Source: Clostridiales bacterium DTU070 (GTDB taxonomy: Bacteria; Bacillota; Clostridia; DSM-8532). Taken from it: a DNA stretch of 64,000 nucleotides. The stretch spans positions 11,375-75,374 of the forward strand of contig LFSH01000059.1 in NCBI GenBank assembly GCA_001513105.1. The letters run 5' to 3'. Below, one piece after another: positions 50,823 to 60,107 of the stretch. Position 1 is the first letter of the stretch. Every line of letters starts with the position of its first letter. The notes beneath the pieces are model-generated. The model was not told the origin of the DNA and made no database searches. It was given only the letters and a program-made list of their open reading frames with translations. The translations under genes and the position numbers were made by a program.

Positions 50823-53238
50823 CCAGCATCATCTCTTTCCTTTTCTTGCGCCTTTTAAGAACAATAACAAGAACTATAACACCTACCAGTACAACACCGC
50901 CGATTACAACCGGGATAACCGGGAACTTCGAAGCCTTCTCATCGGGCATCTCGGGATAGAAATCCATACCGCCGCCGGGGAACCCGTCAGGGAACGGATT
51001 TATCACAGGCTCCGATTCCATTGCAACAACGGTAAATTCCTTTTCAATCCTGTGTTCTTCACCTGCAGCATCTTCAAAGGTATAAACCAGTTTTCCCTTG
51101 GTTTCGCCGGGATTCAAAGGAATAATGCTGCCTTCGTAATAATCGCTGTACCCTATGTCGAAATTACCTACAAAGTAGTTGGATTCCCTTGTATCAAAGT
51201 CTCCCTCAACCCTTATCATAAGGTTGGAAAGTTTGACCCTTCCCATGTTATAGAACTCGGAGGAAATATACACGGGCTCGCCGACAAAAGCGGGCTCATA
51301 AACAATTACATCTGTAACTTCAAGTTTGGCCGGCTGGATAACAGGAATCCCGAAAACATCCTCCATATTGTTTACCTTCAGTTGACCGTTTTCTTCATAC
51401 TCATATTCAAATATTGCCTTAACCACGTAAGTTTTCGCCTTCGCATCGGGAATGGTATACATCACCAGTTCCTTGTCCACCGACTCTCCCGGTCCAAGTT
51501 CGTCAATATAGAAAGTATTACTCGACTCTACAGGGGTGAATACGCTTCCGCCTGTTTCTTCACCTTTTTCGTCCACTACAAGGGTTATCTTCATATTCTG
51601 AACTTCTTTCAGCTTGCTTGTATTCAAAAATGACATATGGAGGGTGAAGTTCTCGCCTGCTTTTACCATGCCGGGATCTGAATAATATTCTGAAATAATT
51701 ATCTTCGGAACGGTATTTAAAGTGCTTTCCTTCTTTTCCTCAACAAGAACACCCATATACTGTTCCTTTTTAACAATCTCATCACCGTTCTTATATTCAA
51801 TTACAGCCTTGATCGGGTAGGACCTGCTTTCAGCGCCTTTCATTGCAACAAAGCTGAAGGATACAGGAACTGTTTCACCCGGTTTCAACCCCGGAACAGT
51901 CATAACGTTCAGGGATTGCGGAAGTATCTTGTCTCCCGGTTCCACGGTGACTTTTATATCCTTTGCCTCTGTAGTACCGATGTTTTTAATATCAAATGAC
52001 ACGGTAAAAGGCTGCTCCGTTGGAATCGCCCCGTCAGGAGTTACAATGTTTTCTGTAACAATGTCAACGTTTTCTTCCTGCTCCTCTTCGCCTTCGACGA
52101 TAATGTATATCGGATACTGAACACCCTTTTCATCATCATGGTCCAGTGTTACCGTAATTGGATATGTACCTGTCTCGAGGTTGTCCTTGGCCTTTAACCT
52201 GTATGTAATTTCTGTGTTGCTTAAGCCTTTCTGTTCAAAAATGTATTTTCTTGTTACATTGTCCAAGGCAAAGAAGTTATTGCCTGGAGCCAGGTCCACG
52301 GTTACATTTTTGGCCTCAAGACTTCCCACGTTCCAAAGATCAAAGGTAACGATAAAGAATTCACTGGGTTTGATTATTGCAGGGCTGGTCTTTGCCTCCC
52401 TTACAACCAGCTTCGGCGGTATGTTTGTATTCGTGATTTTAATGAAAACCTCTCTTGTTGAGGAATCCTTTGGATACGAATCACCGTATACATTTTTGTA
52501 TGAAAAGTTCAAAGGCAAAGTATATGTGTTCTCCTGCGCGTATTTGTCAACCTTGAATTTGAACTCGACGGTAACTGATTTTTCAGCAGGTATTTTCTCA
52601 ATGGTTTCGGATACCGTCATCTGCTCAACGATAAAAGGAAGACCTGTCAAAACAGGAGTAATTCTCACATCCCTTGCTTCATATTTCGAAATATTCTTAA
52701 TGGTTATCGGAATAGTGATTGTTCCGCCGGCTTTCCCTTCGGGTGCCGAACCCGAAACAAACTCCAAAACAGGTTCATATTTGCTTGTGTCCGTATCCCT
52801 TCTGTCGTAAGTATCGTCTGATAGAGTATTCTTTATTTCAATAGGATTTTCTTTATTCGATACGCTACCTCCGCTTTCTTTATTAAAGCTTAATTTAACT
52901 TTAAGATCTCTTTTCGCACCGCCAGTATAACGCATCGACACTATCGCTTCACCATCATCACCTTTCCTGATTTGATCAATCTTTCCAGGTGCTACCTGGA
53001 TAAATGATCCGTTATCCTCAACAAAAACGACAACATCTGAAATATCTCCAGAGCTATCATTTTTTACTACAACTTTCAATTCAAACTTCGCTCCAATTTC
53101 TATGTCATTTCCATCATTTGCCACACAATAACTAACATATACATCACTATTATCAGCCAACGCAATATTTGTGCTGAATAAAACCGATACAACCATCACA
53201 AAAACCATTAATAAAGCCTTGATTTGCCTGCTACGCAT
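50809..53238 (-). CDS. COG1361-type (S-layer-domain/CARDB-like) multi-Ig surface protein with C-terminal TM anchor
   Basis: Signal peptide; repeated NxG..A..V.V.. Ig-like modules; C-terminal TM followed by KRRKKRK; lies between ABC ATPase and permease. Confidence 0.78.
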   Translation of the reverse strand: MRSRQIKALLMVFVMVVSVLFSTNIALADNSDVYVSYCVANDGNDIEIGAKFELKVVVKNDSSGDISDVVVFVEDNGSFIQVAPGKIDQIRKGDDGEAIVSMRYTGGAKRDLKVKLSFNKESGGSVSNKENPIEIKNTLSDDTYDRRDTDTSKYEPVLEFVSGSAPEGKAGGTITIPITIKNISKYEARDVRITPVLTGLPFIVEQMTVSETIEKIPAEKSVTVEFKFKVDKYAQENTYTLPLNFSYKNVYGDSYPKDSSTREVFIKITNTNIPPKLVVREAKTSPAIIKPSEFFIVTFDLWNVGSLEAKNVTVDLAPGNNFFALDNVTRKYIFEQKGLSNTEITYRLKAKDNLETGTYPITVTLDHDDEKGVQYPIYIIVEGEEEQEENVDIVTENIVTPDGAIPTEQPFTVSFDIKNIGTTEAKDIKVTVEPGDKILPQSLNVMTVPGLKPGETVPVSFSFVAMKGAESRSYPIKAVIEYKNGDEIVKKEQYMGVLVEEKKESTLNTVPKIIISEYYSDPGMVKAGENFTLHMSFLNTSKLKEVQNMKITLVVDEKGEETGGSVFTPVESSNTFYIDELGPGESVDKELVMYTIPDAKAKTYVVKAIFEYEYEENGQLKVNNMEDVFGIPVIQPAKLEVTDVIVYEPAFVGEPVYISSEFYNMGRVKLSNLMIRVEGDFDTRESNYFVGNFDIGYSDYYEGSIIPLNPGETKGKLVYTFEDAAGEEHRIEKEFTVVAMESEPVINPFPDGFPGGGMDFYPEMPDEKASKFPVIPVVIGGVVLVGVIVLVIVLKRRKKRKEMMLDEDI

Positions 53239-53965
53239 ATGAAGCACTCTCCTTCAATCCAAATTTTTTGTAATACTTATCTTTAACCTCAATCCTTTCA
53301 ATCAGGCCATCCCTGATATGTATGATCCTGTCCGCGTATGCAGCAGCTTCGTTATCATGCGAGACAAGAAGAATTGTCTGGCCGTATTGTTCCGCCATTC
53401 CGGAAATCAACTCCATGATTTCAATGGTGGTTTTTGAATCAAGGTTTCCGGTAGGCTCGTCTGCAAGTATGATTTCGGGCTTTTCCACGAAGGCCCTGGC
53501 TATACTCACGCGCTGCTGCTGCCCGCCGCTCATCTGATTGGGTTTGTGATTCAGCCTGTTTTCAAGTCCCACCGCCTTTAACATTTTTATCGCTTCCTTG
53601 TTCCTGGCTTTTCTCGAATAGCCTTTAAACATCAGCGGAAGCGTAACATTTTCAAGTGCGGTAAGATTCGGCAGAAGGTTATACGACTGAAAAATAAATC
53701 CGACGTACTTCTGCCTGAATTTTGCAAGCTGCTTTTCGTTAAGTTTTTCTACATGGATACCTTTGATTACCACACTTCCCCTTGTGGGTTTTTCCAACCC
53801 CGCGACCATATTAAGCAGTGTGGACTTTCCTGACCCTGAAGTACCGTAAAGGCAGCAAATCTCTCCTTTTTTGATATCAAGATCAATACCGTTCAGGGCA
53901 AACACTTTTTCCTGCCCCATACGGTATACTTTCTTAAGACCCCTTATGCTTATTATGTTTTCCAT
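53231..53965 (-). CDS. MacB/LolD-type ABC ATP-binding protein
   Basis: GTSGSGKST, GFIFQSYNLL, MSGGQQQRV, LADEPTGNLD. Confidence 0.94.
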   Translation of the reverse strand: MENIISIRGLKKVYRMGQEKVFALNGIDLDIKKGEICCLYGTSGSGKSTLLNMVAGLEKPTRGSVVIKGIHVEKLNEKQLAKFRQKYVGFIFQSYNLLPNLTALENVTLPLMFKGYSRKARNKEAIKMLKAVGLENRLNHKPNQMSGGQQQRVSIARAFVEKPEIILADEPTGNLDSKTTIEIMELISGMAEQYGQTILLVSHDNEAAAYADRIIHIRDGLIERIEVKDKYYKKFGLKESASYA

Positions 53966-54223
53966 GACATCCCCTTCCCGTAGCGCCCTGCTGCATAAAT
54001 AAAAATATTCACAACATCTAATACGATATTAGAATAAACTGGTAAAGTCAATAGCATAAAAACTACAGCATGGTTCAAGCCCACCTTATATAAGGACGAA
54101 ACAGAATCAAAAAAAGTTTCATATTTGTTAAATATTTCTCCAAATATTTTACGGGAATCTGAAAAAAGAAAAAATTCCCTGTATAATGAACCCCCGATCG
54201 TTAACACTAATACCGGTGGTTTT

Positions 54224-54733
54224 ATGTTAATTATATACCTTTTTCTGATTATGATCTCTGTAACTGTTTACCAGCTGGCATGTTTCGTAAGCCATATTTG
54301 CTATATGGCAAAAATAGGTTATATAGCTGACAATATCAGGTGCAAGGACGATCTCCTGTATTTAAAACTAAGGGACTATGAGCACGTTATTGCGGAAATT
54401 TTCAGAAGGCAGGGCTATAAAGTACAGATGTCAGACCATTTCGGTGAAGGCGGGACAGGAATCATCCTTGACGGGGTATATTATGTAATCGCGAGAAAGG
54501 AAAGCTATAACAGCCTTGTTGAAATAGAACAGGCGAAAAAACTTGTCAAACATATGAGAGACAATAACATACACAGGGGCATGATAATAACCCTGGGCGA
54601 TTTTAAGGGAAACACGAAGAATTACTGCCATATGCACGTGATAAAATGCATCAACGGGGATCAGCTTATCCAAATGTTAAGGAGCGTGCAGGCTTTAAAA
54701 ACCCGGTCGGCATTTTCAAGGAACATTTCATAA
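54224..54733 (+). CDS. Membrane-anchored Mrr_cat-like (restriction endonuclease fold) protein, catalytic residues degenerate
   Basis: N-terminal TM; YEHVIAEIFRRQGYKV, RGMIITLGDF and INGDQL match the Mrr_cat pattern; start 54224 preferred over 54125. Confidence 0.68.
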   Translation: MLIIYLFLIMISVTVYQLACFVSHICYMAKIGYIADNIRCKDDLLYLKLRDYEHVIAEIFRRQGYKVQMSDHFGEGGTGIILDGVYYVIARKESYNSLVEIEQAKKLVKHMRDNNIHRGMIITLGDFKGNTKNYCHMHVIKCINGDQLIQMLRSVQALKTRSAFSRNIS

Positions 54734-54748
54734 GTTTACAGGAACACG

Positions 54749-56296
54749 CTAATTTGCAATTTCCCGAAGATGGTCGGCAGGGTACTGAAGAATCAATGGC
54801 TTCCGTGACGGATCCAGCCATTTCATTATCTTCAGGATGTTTTCCTCCGATACAGCAGTACAGCCTGCAGTAGGGCTGTTTTCATTCCTCCAGATATGAA
54901 AGAAAATCGCGCTGCCCTTCCCTGCAATCGGTTCTTCGGTGTTGTACTCTATTACTATGAAATACTTGTACGGATCGCCTATACCATACAGGTCTTCCGC
55001 GGAATTCCAGCGTCCGTTGGCGGGGCCTTTCTGGTATGTATTGTAATAAGGTGAATTTGCATCATCCACCCAAAAGTCTCCCTGGCTGAACCGGGTGTAA
55101 ACCAGCCTTGTTCCCGGGTTCTCGTATCTGCCAAAGCTCCTTTTCAGCAGGAATGCCCCGACAGGCGACTTTTTGTCTCCCTCTTTTTTATCATACGAAA
55201 AACCTCCCGAACCAATGACTGCTTTCATTGGTTCGAACACTTTTTCCCACCGTCCGTTATTCTTTTCAAAAGTATGAACTTCGGCCCTGCTTGTTCCAAG
55301 GCTGTCGGCACAGACAAAAACAATCTGCTCCGAATCCCCGGTAACATCCTTCAGCTTATCAAGAGCGGCAACCAGAAGCCAGGATTCTGCATCTCGGCCG
55401 TTTCCAGAAACGCTGTCCTTAAGAAATTCCTCAAGATTTACGTCAATTATTTCATATTTATCCGAATCACTGTCGTTGAAATGCCACCATTCGGTGCTTA
55501 TGGTGGTAAAACCGTTTCTTACCATGACATCGGTAAGCAGCTCCATGTTTTTCCTTGCGGTCTCGGACATGTTTTTACCGTTCCTTGAACCTTTGCCTGT
55601 AAAATCATCAAACCCTGACGGCATTTCCAGTTCATTTCCCTCCATATCCACAAGGGTTACATCAACGGCGGTGCCGCGGTTGTGCTTTGAACCGCCCTTG
55701 TCAGGGTTTGCCACATACCTTGAGTCGGGCACGATTTCCCAGAATATTCTCTGTACATAAACAGGTCTGTATGCATCCCAGACTTTTATCCGGTAACCCA
55801 TCTCCATTAACTCCCTGTTAGCATTGGCAAGTTTTATTGCCGTTGATTCCCGTAAAACGCATACATCATGCGGATACACTATCCTGCCTGTGAAATTGTT
55901 TTCGGTGGCATATCTCAGTTCAACAACTATGTCCGGGTCTATATCCTGAACACGCACAAGCCCGTTTATTCTGAGTATTTCCCCGTTGTTTCCGGAAGAA
56001 TCCTTCGTTTCCTGCGTTTCGCCGTTTCCGGCTGTTTCATCCTCCATGTCCGGGCCGGTGTCATCACCGGTTGGGTCCTGGCTCTCATTATCGCCCGTTT
56101 CGGCCGCAGAAGGGGAAGGTTCATCTATCCTGCCCTCATCTTCAGAATATGAGCCGCTATTATCATTTATGACTCCGGCTGTATCTTCTGTCTTCGGGTT
56201 TCCATTCACTGCTCTGTCGGGATTCGTGCAGCCGGTTAATAATAATATTATCGAAAGAAATACTGTGAACAGAAAAAGCCTGCTTTTTGCTCTCAT
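54749..56296 (-). CDS. Lipoprotein: VanX/DdpX (M15D) D-Ala-D-Ala dipeptidase fused to a YkuD-like L,D-transpeptidase domain
   Basis: Lipobox LLTGC; SKHNRGTAVD and EWWHF zinc motifs; C-terminal IFFHIW...TAGC (HxxxCx-type catalytic pair). Confidence 0.85.
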   Translation of the reverse strand: MRAKSRLFLFTVFLSIILLLTGCTNPDRAVNGNPKTEDTAGVINDNSGSYSEDEGRIDEPSPSAAETGDNESQDPTGDDTGPDMEDETAGNGETQETKDSSGNNGEILRINGLVRVQDIDPDIVVELRYATENNFTGRIVYPHDVCVLRESTAIKLANANRELMEMGYRIKVWDAYRPVYVQRIFWEIVPDSRYVANPDKGGSKHNRGTAVDVTLVDMEGNELEMPSGFDDFTGKGSRNGKNMSETARKNMELLTDVMVRNGFTTISTEWWHFNDSDSDKYEIIDVNLEEFLKDSVSGNGRDAESWLLVAALDKLKDVTGDSEQIVFVCADSLGTSRAEVHTFEKNNGRWEKVFEPMKAVIGSGGFSYDKKEGDKKSPVGAFLLKRSFGRYENPGTRLVYTRFSQGDFWVDDANSPYYNTYQKGPANGRWNSAEDLYGIGDPYKYFIVIEYNTEEPIAGKGSAIFFHIWRNENSPTAGCTAVSEENILKIMKWLDPSRKPLILQYPADHLREIAN

Positions 56297-56335
56297 TTCC
56301 TCACCCCGCAGTCAATAAGTGGTCCTTTGTCGCAT

Positions 56336-57865
56336 TTATTCAAATAAAACCGCTGTTGTAAGAAGCATCAGGTATTCCGAACCCTTGCTGTTGCAAACAT
56401 CCAGGGGTGTAACCGATACCTGGTTCAGCCTCACGGCCGTAAGTTTGCCGTCGCCGTTTTTCTGATAAACGGTGGGGACATCATGTATAATATAATGCCT
56501 GTCCTGCCATCTGCCGAGGTATATCATTGCATGCCCGGGCATGTACAGCGGTGTTCCGGGCCTTAATGAATCAAGGATTTCAAGACGCTCTTTCCTGCTT
56601 TTGCCGCTGAATGAGACCGTCCCTTTCATTTTTTCCTGCTGATCGGTATTTCGCGGAAAAATTATTCCGAAAGAACGGTATACATCGGCTACAAAGGCCG
56701 AACAGTCCCTGGCATTGTTCATTCCGCCCCATCCGTATGGCTCCCCGAGGAACCTGAAAGCCTGTATCAGCACATTTTCCACCGTGTAATTTAGGTAGCC
56801 CGCTGATGCGCTTCCGGAATAAGGTATCGTCAATTGTACCAATTTTAGGTTGTTATTTTCATCGCAAACCGGGTATTCAACCTCATACCCTGAAGAATTT
56901 TCCGACAGGACCGGGAGTGCAACACCCATATCAAGCTGAAGGCGGGAAACCCTTTTATCGCCGGAATCAGGGGTAAACAGCACAGGAACCTTGACAACGA
57001 GATAATCCCGGAAGGAACGCCGGCTTATTATATCTTCCTTGGAACATAAAGCCACATCCTGTACAGGTATCCACCCCTTGTAATTATACATTTCGGCAAA
57101 GTACCACTGCCCGTCGGTACTGGTATGGTATACAAGTACCGGTTCTGCGGCATATACGGCGGTTTCAGTGAAATAGTCGTTCCCGCCTGATGCGCTCGAA
57201 AAAGATTGCCTGAAGGTAGGGAAGGTACGCATCTGTGTGCGCTTTACAGTCAGTCCGTATTTTACATTTACCGTTTCGGCAAGCCCTCCCGTGTTCAGGT
57301 TTGCCTTCAGGCTGTCATAGTCCTTTTGTTGGTATTTATTTCCGTTTTCGTCATATCTCGCAGATTTCGGCACAACGCCAAGCTCATTTATCCAGTTAAG
57401 AACCTCCCTGCTTTTTACCGTTTCAGGCAGGCTTTTAAAATCGTTCAGGAAAGGAAGGCTTTCAAAATTCTTTTCATTATACCGCTGTATTTCGTCAAAA
57501 GTCATAACAATTTCATCAGCGCCATGATACAGCTCTGTCCAAAAAACAGGGGTCAGCATGCCGGATGCAACGCCCTGGACAGCAGGCCCGGTATATTTGC
57601 CTGTTTTATATTTATCCTCGTCGTTCTCGTTCTTTTTTTCATTGCCTTCGGTGCCGTCGGCCTTTTTCGTCGGCGCAGGATTATCAGCACCGCCTGTTGC
57701 CGCCGGTTCAGCAGGGGTAATTGTCGGAGTAAGAACGTCATTCTGTACCTGATCCTGCGTTTTGGTTTCACTTATTTGTCCGGCAGGATTGAAAGTTTCG
57801 GTTTTCCCGCATGCGGACACCGACAGAAGTAGTATTGTTATAAAGGGTAAGAGCAGCTTTTTCAT
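56336..57865 (-). CDS. SH3-domain NlpC/P60 peptidoglycan peptidase lipoprotein
   Basis: Lipobox VSAC; GEPYGWGG, RDCSAF, PRNT, PGHAMIY, IHD; start MKKLLL at 57865. Confidence 0.88.
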   Translation of the reverse strand: MKKLLLPFITILLLSVSACGKTETFNPAGQISETKTQDQVQNDVLTPTITPAEPAATGGADNPAPTKKADGTEGNEKKNENDEDKYKTGKYTGPAVQGVASGMLTPVFWTELYHGADEIVMTFDEIQRYNEKNFESLPFLNDFKSLPETVKSREVLNWINELGVVPKSARYDENGNKYQQKDYDSLKANLNTGGLAETVNVKYGLTVKRTQMRTFPTFRQSFSSASGGNDYFTETAVYAAEPVLVYHTSTDGQWYFAEMYNYKGWIPVQDVALCSKEDIISRRSFRDYLVVKVPVLFTPDSGDKRVSRLQLDMGVALPVLSENSSGYEVEYPVCDENNNLKLVQLTIPYSGSASAGYLNYTVENVLIQAFRFLGEPYGWGGMNNARDCSAFVADVYRSFGIIFPRNTDQQEKMKGTVSFSGKSRKERLEILDSLRPGTPLYMPGHAMIYLGRWQDRHYIIHDVPTVYQKNGDGKLTAVRLNQVSVTPLDVCNSKGSEYLMLLTTAVLFE

Positions 57866-58259
57866 GTTTTCTCCCTTCATTTTCCATTGTCTTTTGCTTT
57901 TATGAACAGGATATTGTGAAGTATATGCCAAACTGCTTTTATCGACATGATCATACCAAATTGAATATAAATCGTCAAAAGGGCTTTGTTTCCAGGCAGA
58001 GCATTTTTGCGAGTTTTGGCTTGCCCGAGCTGAACCGCACAGCTCTTGCAAACGCAGCGACTGTTTCCGAGAATTTACACGATATCTTTGCCTTCAAGTT
58101 TTTTGAAATATCGTGCAATTCAAGAAAACTTTCAGCAAAAGTGCAGATATTGTAACAGGACAAATATGCATAATAATCCTGTTCAAACCATATGTAATAC
58201 GTTGCTTTACATGCTGCCTGGTTAATAGTAATATAGTATTAGAAAGGTTGCCTTCTGTA

Positions 58260-60107
58260 ATGAAAAAAATAAAAACCCGCTTTACTAATCGTTTTTATAA
58301 CAAATTAATGCTTCTTAACACAGGTATTATCTGCGTTGTAACTTTGATCTACGGTATTATAGCATTTATCAATGCCATCAACTATGAACGCGTAATGCAT
58401 CTTAAAACATGCGAAGATACCCTTAATCAGCTGCATGCCAGCTATCACGGCAAACAGGAAAACTATACAAACCTGATGTATACCTTTTATGAAGACAGCA
58501 CGAATTTCAACGCCATAAGCACCCTGCTTGAAAATGATTCCTACAGCCTGTCGGCATTGGATCCCTTTGACCTTCAAAGAATCACCATGCTGTTAAGTTC
58601 ATTATGCAACAAGGACTCGGATATTCATTCTATCTTTATTTACAAGGCAAACACCAAAACCCTTTATGCCTATAATCCCGGGTCAAGCATTATAAAAATG
58701 CTGAACTCCGACTCTCCCTTTTACCAGGATCTTGCCGGCAAGGACCTTCGAAGAACTATTCATTCTGCGGTAAATGTCAGTTTTCTTGAGAATAACAGCA
58801 CCCCGGTTTTTGCATACGGAATCGGAGGAAATATCAGTACTGCCAATATCAGTTTTCAGAAGAAGCCGGGAAGTGTAATGGTGGCCTATAATATCAGCGG
58901 CCTTGAGAGAACGTTGCAAAACAGGGGGCTGCAATTCCCGGCAAGGTTTATGATCCTGACCTTTGACGGAAAAGTTATTTTCGACTCCGAAAAAAAACTT
59001 TCGGAGTCGCCGGACGGAACAGAGTTCATGTACATGGACAAACTGCAGAACAGCAGCGGCCTTACCGAAATAGAGAAGACAAAATACTATTTTTCCTCCA
59101 TTAAGGATGAAAAACGGGGCTATATGACACTGTACCTCGTACCGAAAAACGAAGTTGACAAAACCTTCAATTATTTCAGCGTTGTCATTATAATAGGTTC
59201 GGTTACATTCATAGGGCTGTCGGTTTCACTGTATATACTGTCAAGCCGCCTCTCGACAAAAAGAATAGGAATGCTTGAAGAAGCCATGACCCAGATCGGC
59301 TCAAACAACCTGTCGTATCGCATTCCCAGAAGCCGGCGTACCGACGAGTTCAGTTTTATAGCTGAAAGATTCAATGAAATGTGTGACGAACTGGAGGATA
59401 AGGTAAACAAGGTCTATATATACGACCTGAAGCAGAAAAGCGCAGAGTTGTATGCACTCCAGGCCAGCATAAACCCTCATTTCCTGTATAACACTCTCGA
59501 AGCGATACGAGGGCGTCTTGCCATGGACGGGAACATTGATGCCGCTGAAATGGTGGTATTGCTTTCAAAACTGTACCGAAACCAGATTAAAGGGAAAATG
59601 TTTATCACACTGCGTGAAGAAATCAGCCAATGCAATATATACTTAGAGTTGTTCTCCATACGTTATGACGGTAATTTCCAATGTTCGTTCGATTTGCCGC
59701 CCGAAATAATGAAATACGGCATTCCGAAGAATACCCTGCAGCCCATCCTTGAAAACTACCTGGTTCACGGAATCAGGGAGAAGAACAACCGGGTATGGAT
59801 TACCGGCGAAATCCATGACGGGGTTATTGAAATAACCGTCCGTGACAACGGCCGGGGAATTAACCCCGATACTTTGCGGAAGATACGTCAGAGCCTTAAG
59901 GAATTCAGAGAAACCAGCAGCACCGGTTTCGGCCTGTCCAATGTTAATGAGCGGCTCAGGATTGTTTACGGTCCTGAATTCGGCCTGTCAATCCAAAGTT
60001 CTGAAGAAACGCCGGGAACGTCGGTAACCGTAAGGATCAAGGCACTTTTTGTTGAAGAACTCGAAAAGCATTACCAAGCAAAAACAGGGGGATTTACTGA
60101 TGTATAA
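58260..60107 (+). CDS. Sensor histidine kinase, YesM-like
   Basis: Two TM helices, HAMP, LQASINPHFLYNTLE, LQPILENYLVHG, DNGRG, GFGLSNV. Confidence 0.92.
   Translation: MKKIKTRFTNRFYNKLMLLNTGIICVVTLIYGIIAFINAINYERVMHLKTCEDTLNQLHASYHGKQENYTNLMYTFYEDSTNFNAISTLLENDSYSLSALDPFDLQRITMLLSSLCNKDSDIHSIFIYKANTKTLYAYNPGSSIIKMLNSDSPFYQDLAGKDLRRTIHSAVNVSFLENNSTPVFAYGIGGNISTANISFQKKPGSVMVAYNISGLERTLQNRGLQFPARFMILTFDGKVIFDSEKKLSESPDGTEFMYMDKLQNSSGLTEIEKTKYYFSSIKDEKRGYMTLYLVPKNEVDKTFNYFSVVIIIGSVTFIGLSVSLYILSSRLSTKRIGMLEEAMTQIGSNNLSYRIPRSRRTDEFSFIAERFNEMCDELEDKVNKVYIYDLKQKSAELYALQASINPHFLYNTLEAIRGRLAMDGNIDAAEMVVLLSKLYRNQIKGKMFITLREEISQCNIYLELFSIRYDGNFQCSFDLPPEIMKYGIPKNTLQPILENYLVHGIREKNNRVWITGEIHDGVIEITVRDNGRGINPDTLRKIRQSLKEFRETSSTGFGLSNVNERLRIVYGPEFGLSIQSSEETPGTSVTVRIKALFVEELEKHYQAKTGGFTDV

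Noticed and set aside
50647-51633. 328-aa plus-strand ORF
   Set aside because: Antisense shadow of the COG1361 and permease genes; no motif or RBS.
57866-58259. Long N-terminal extensions of the NlpC/P60 and histidine-kinase ORFs in the track
   Set aside because: The extensions overlap each other in a divergent promoter region; signal and TM sequences begin at the downstream Met codons.
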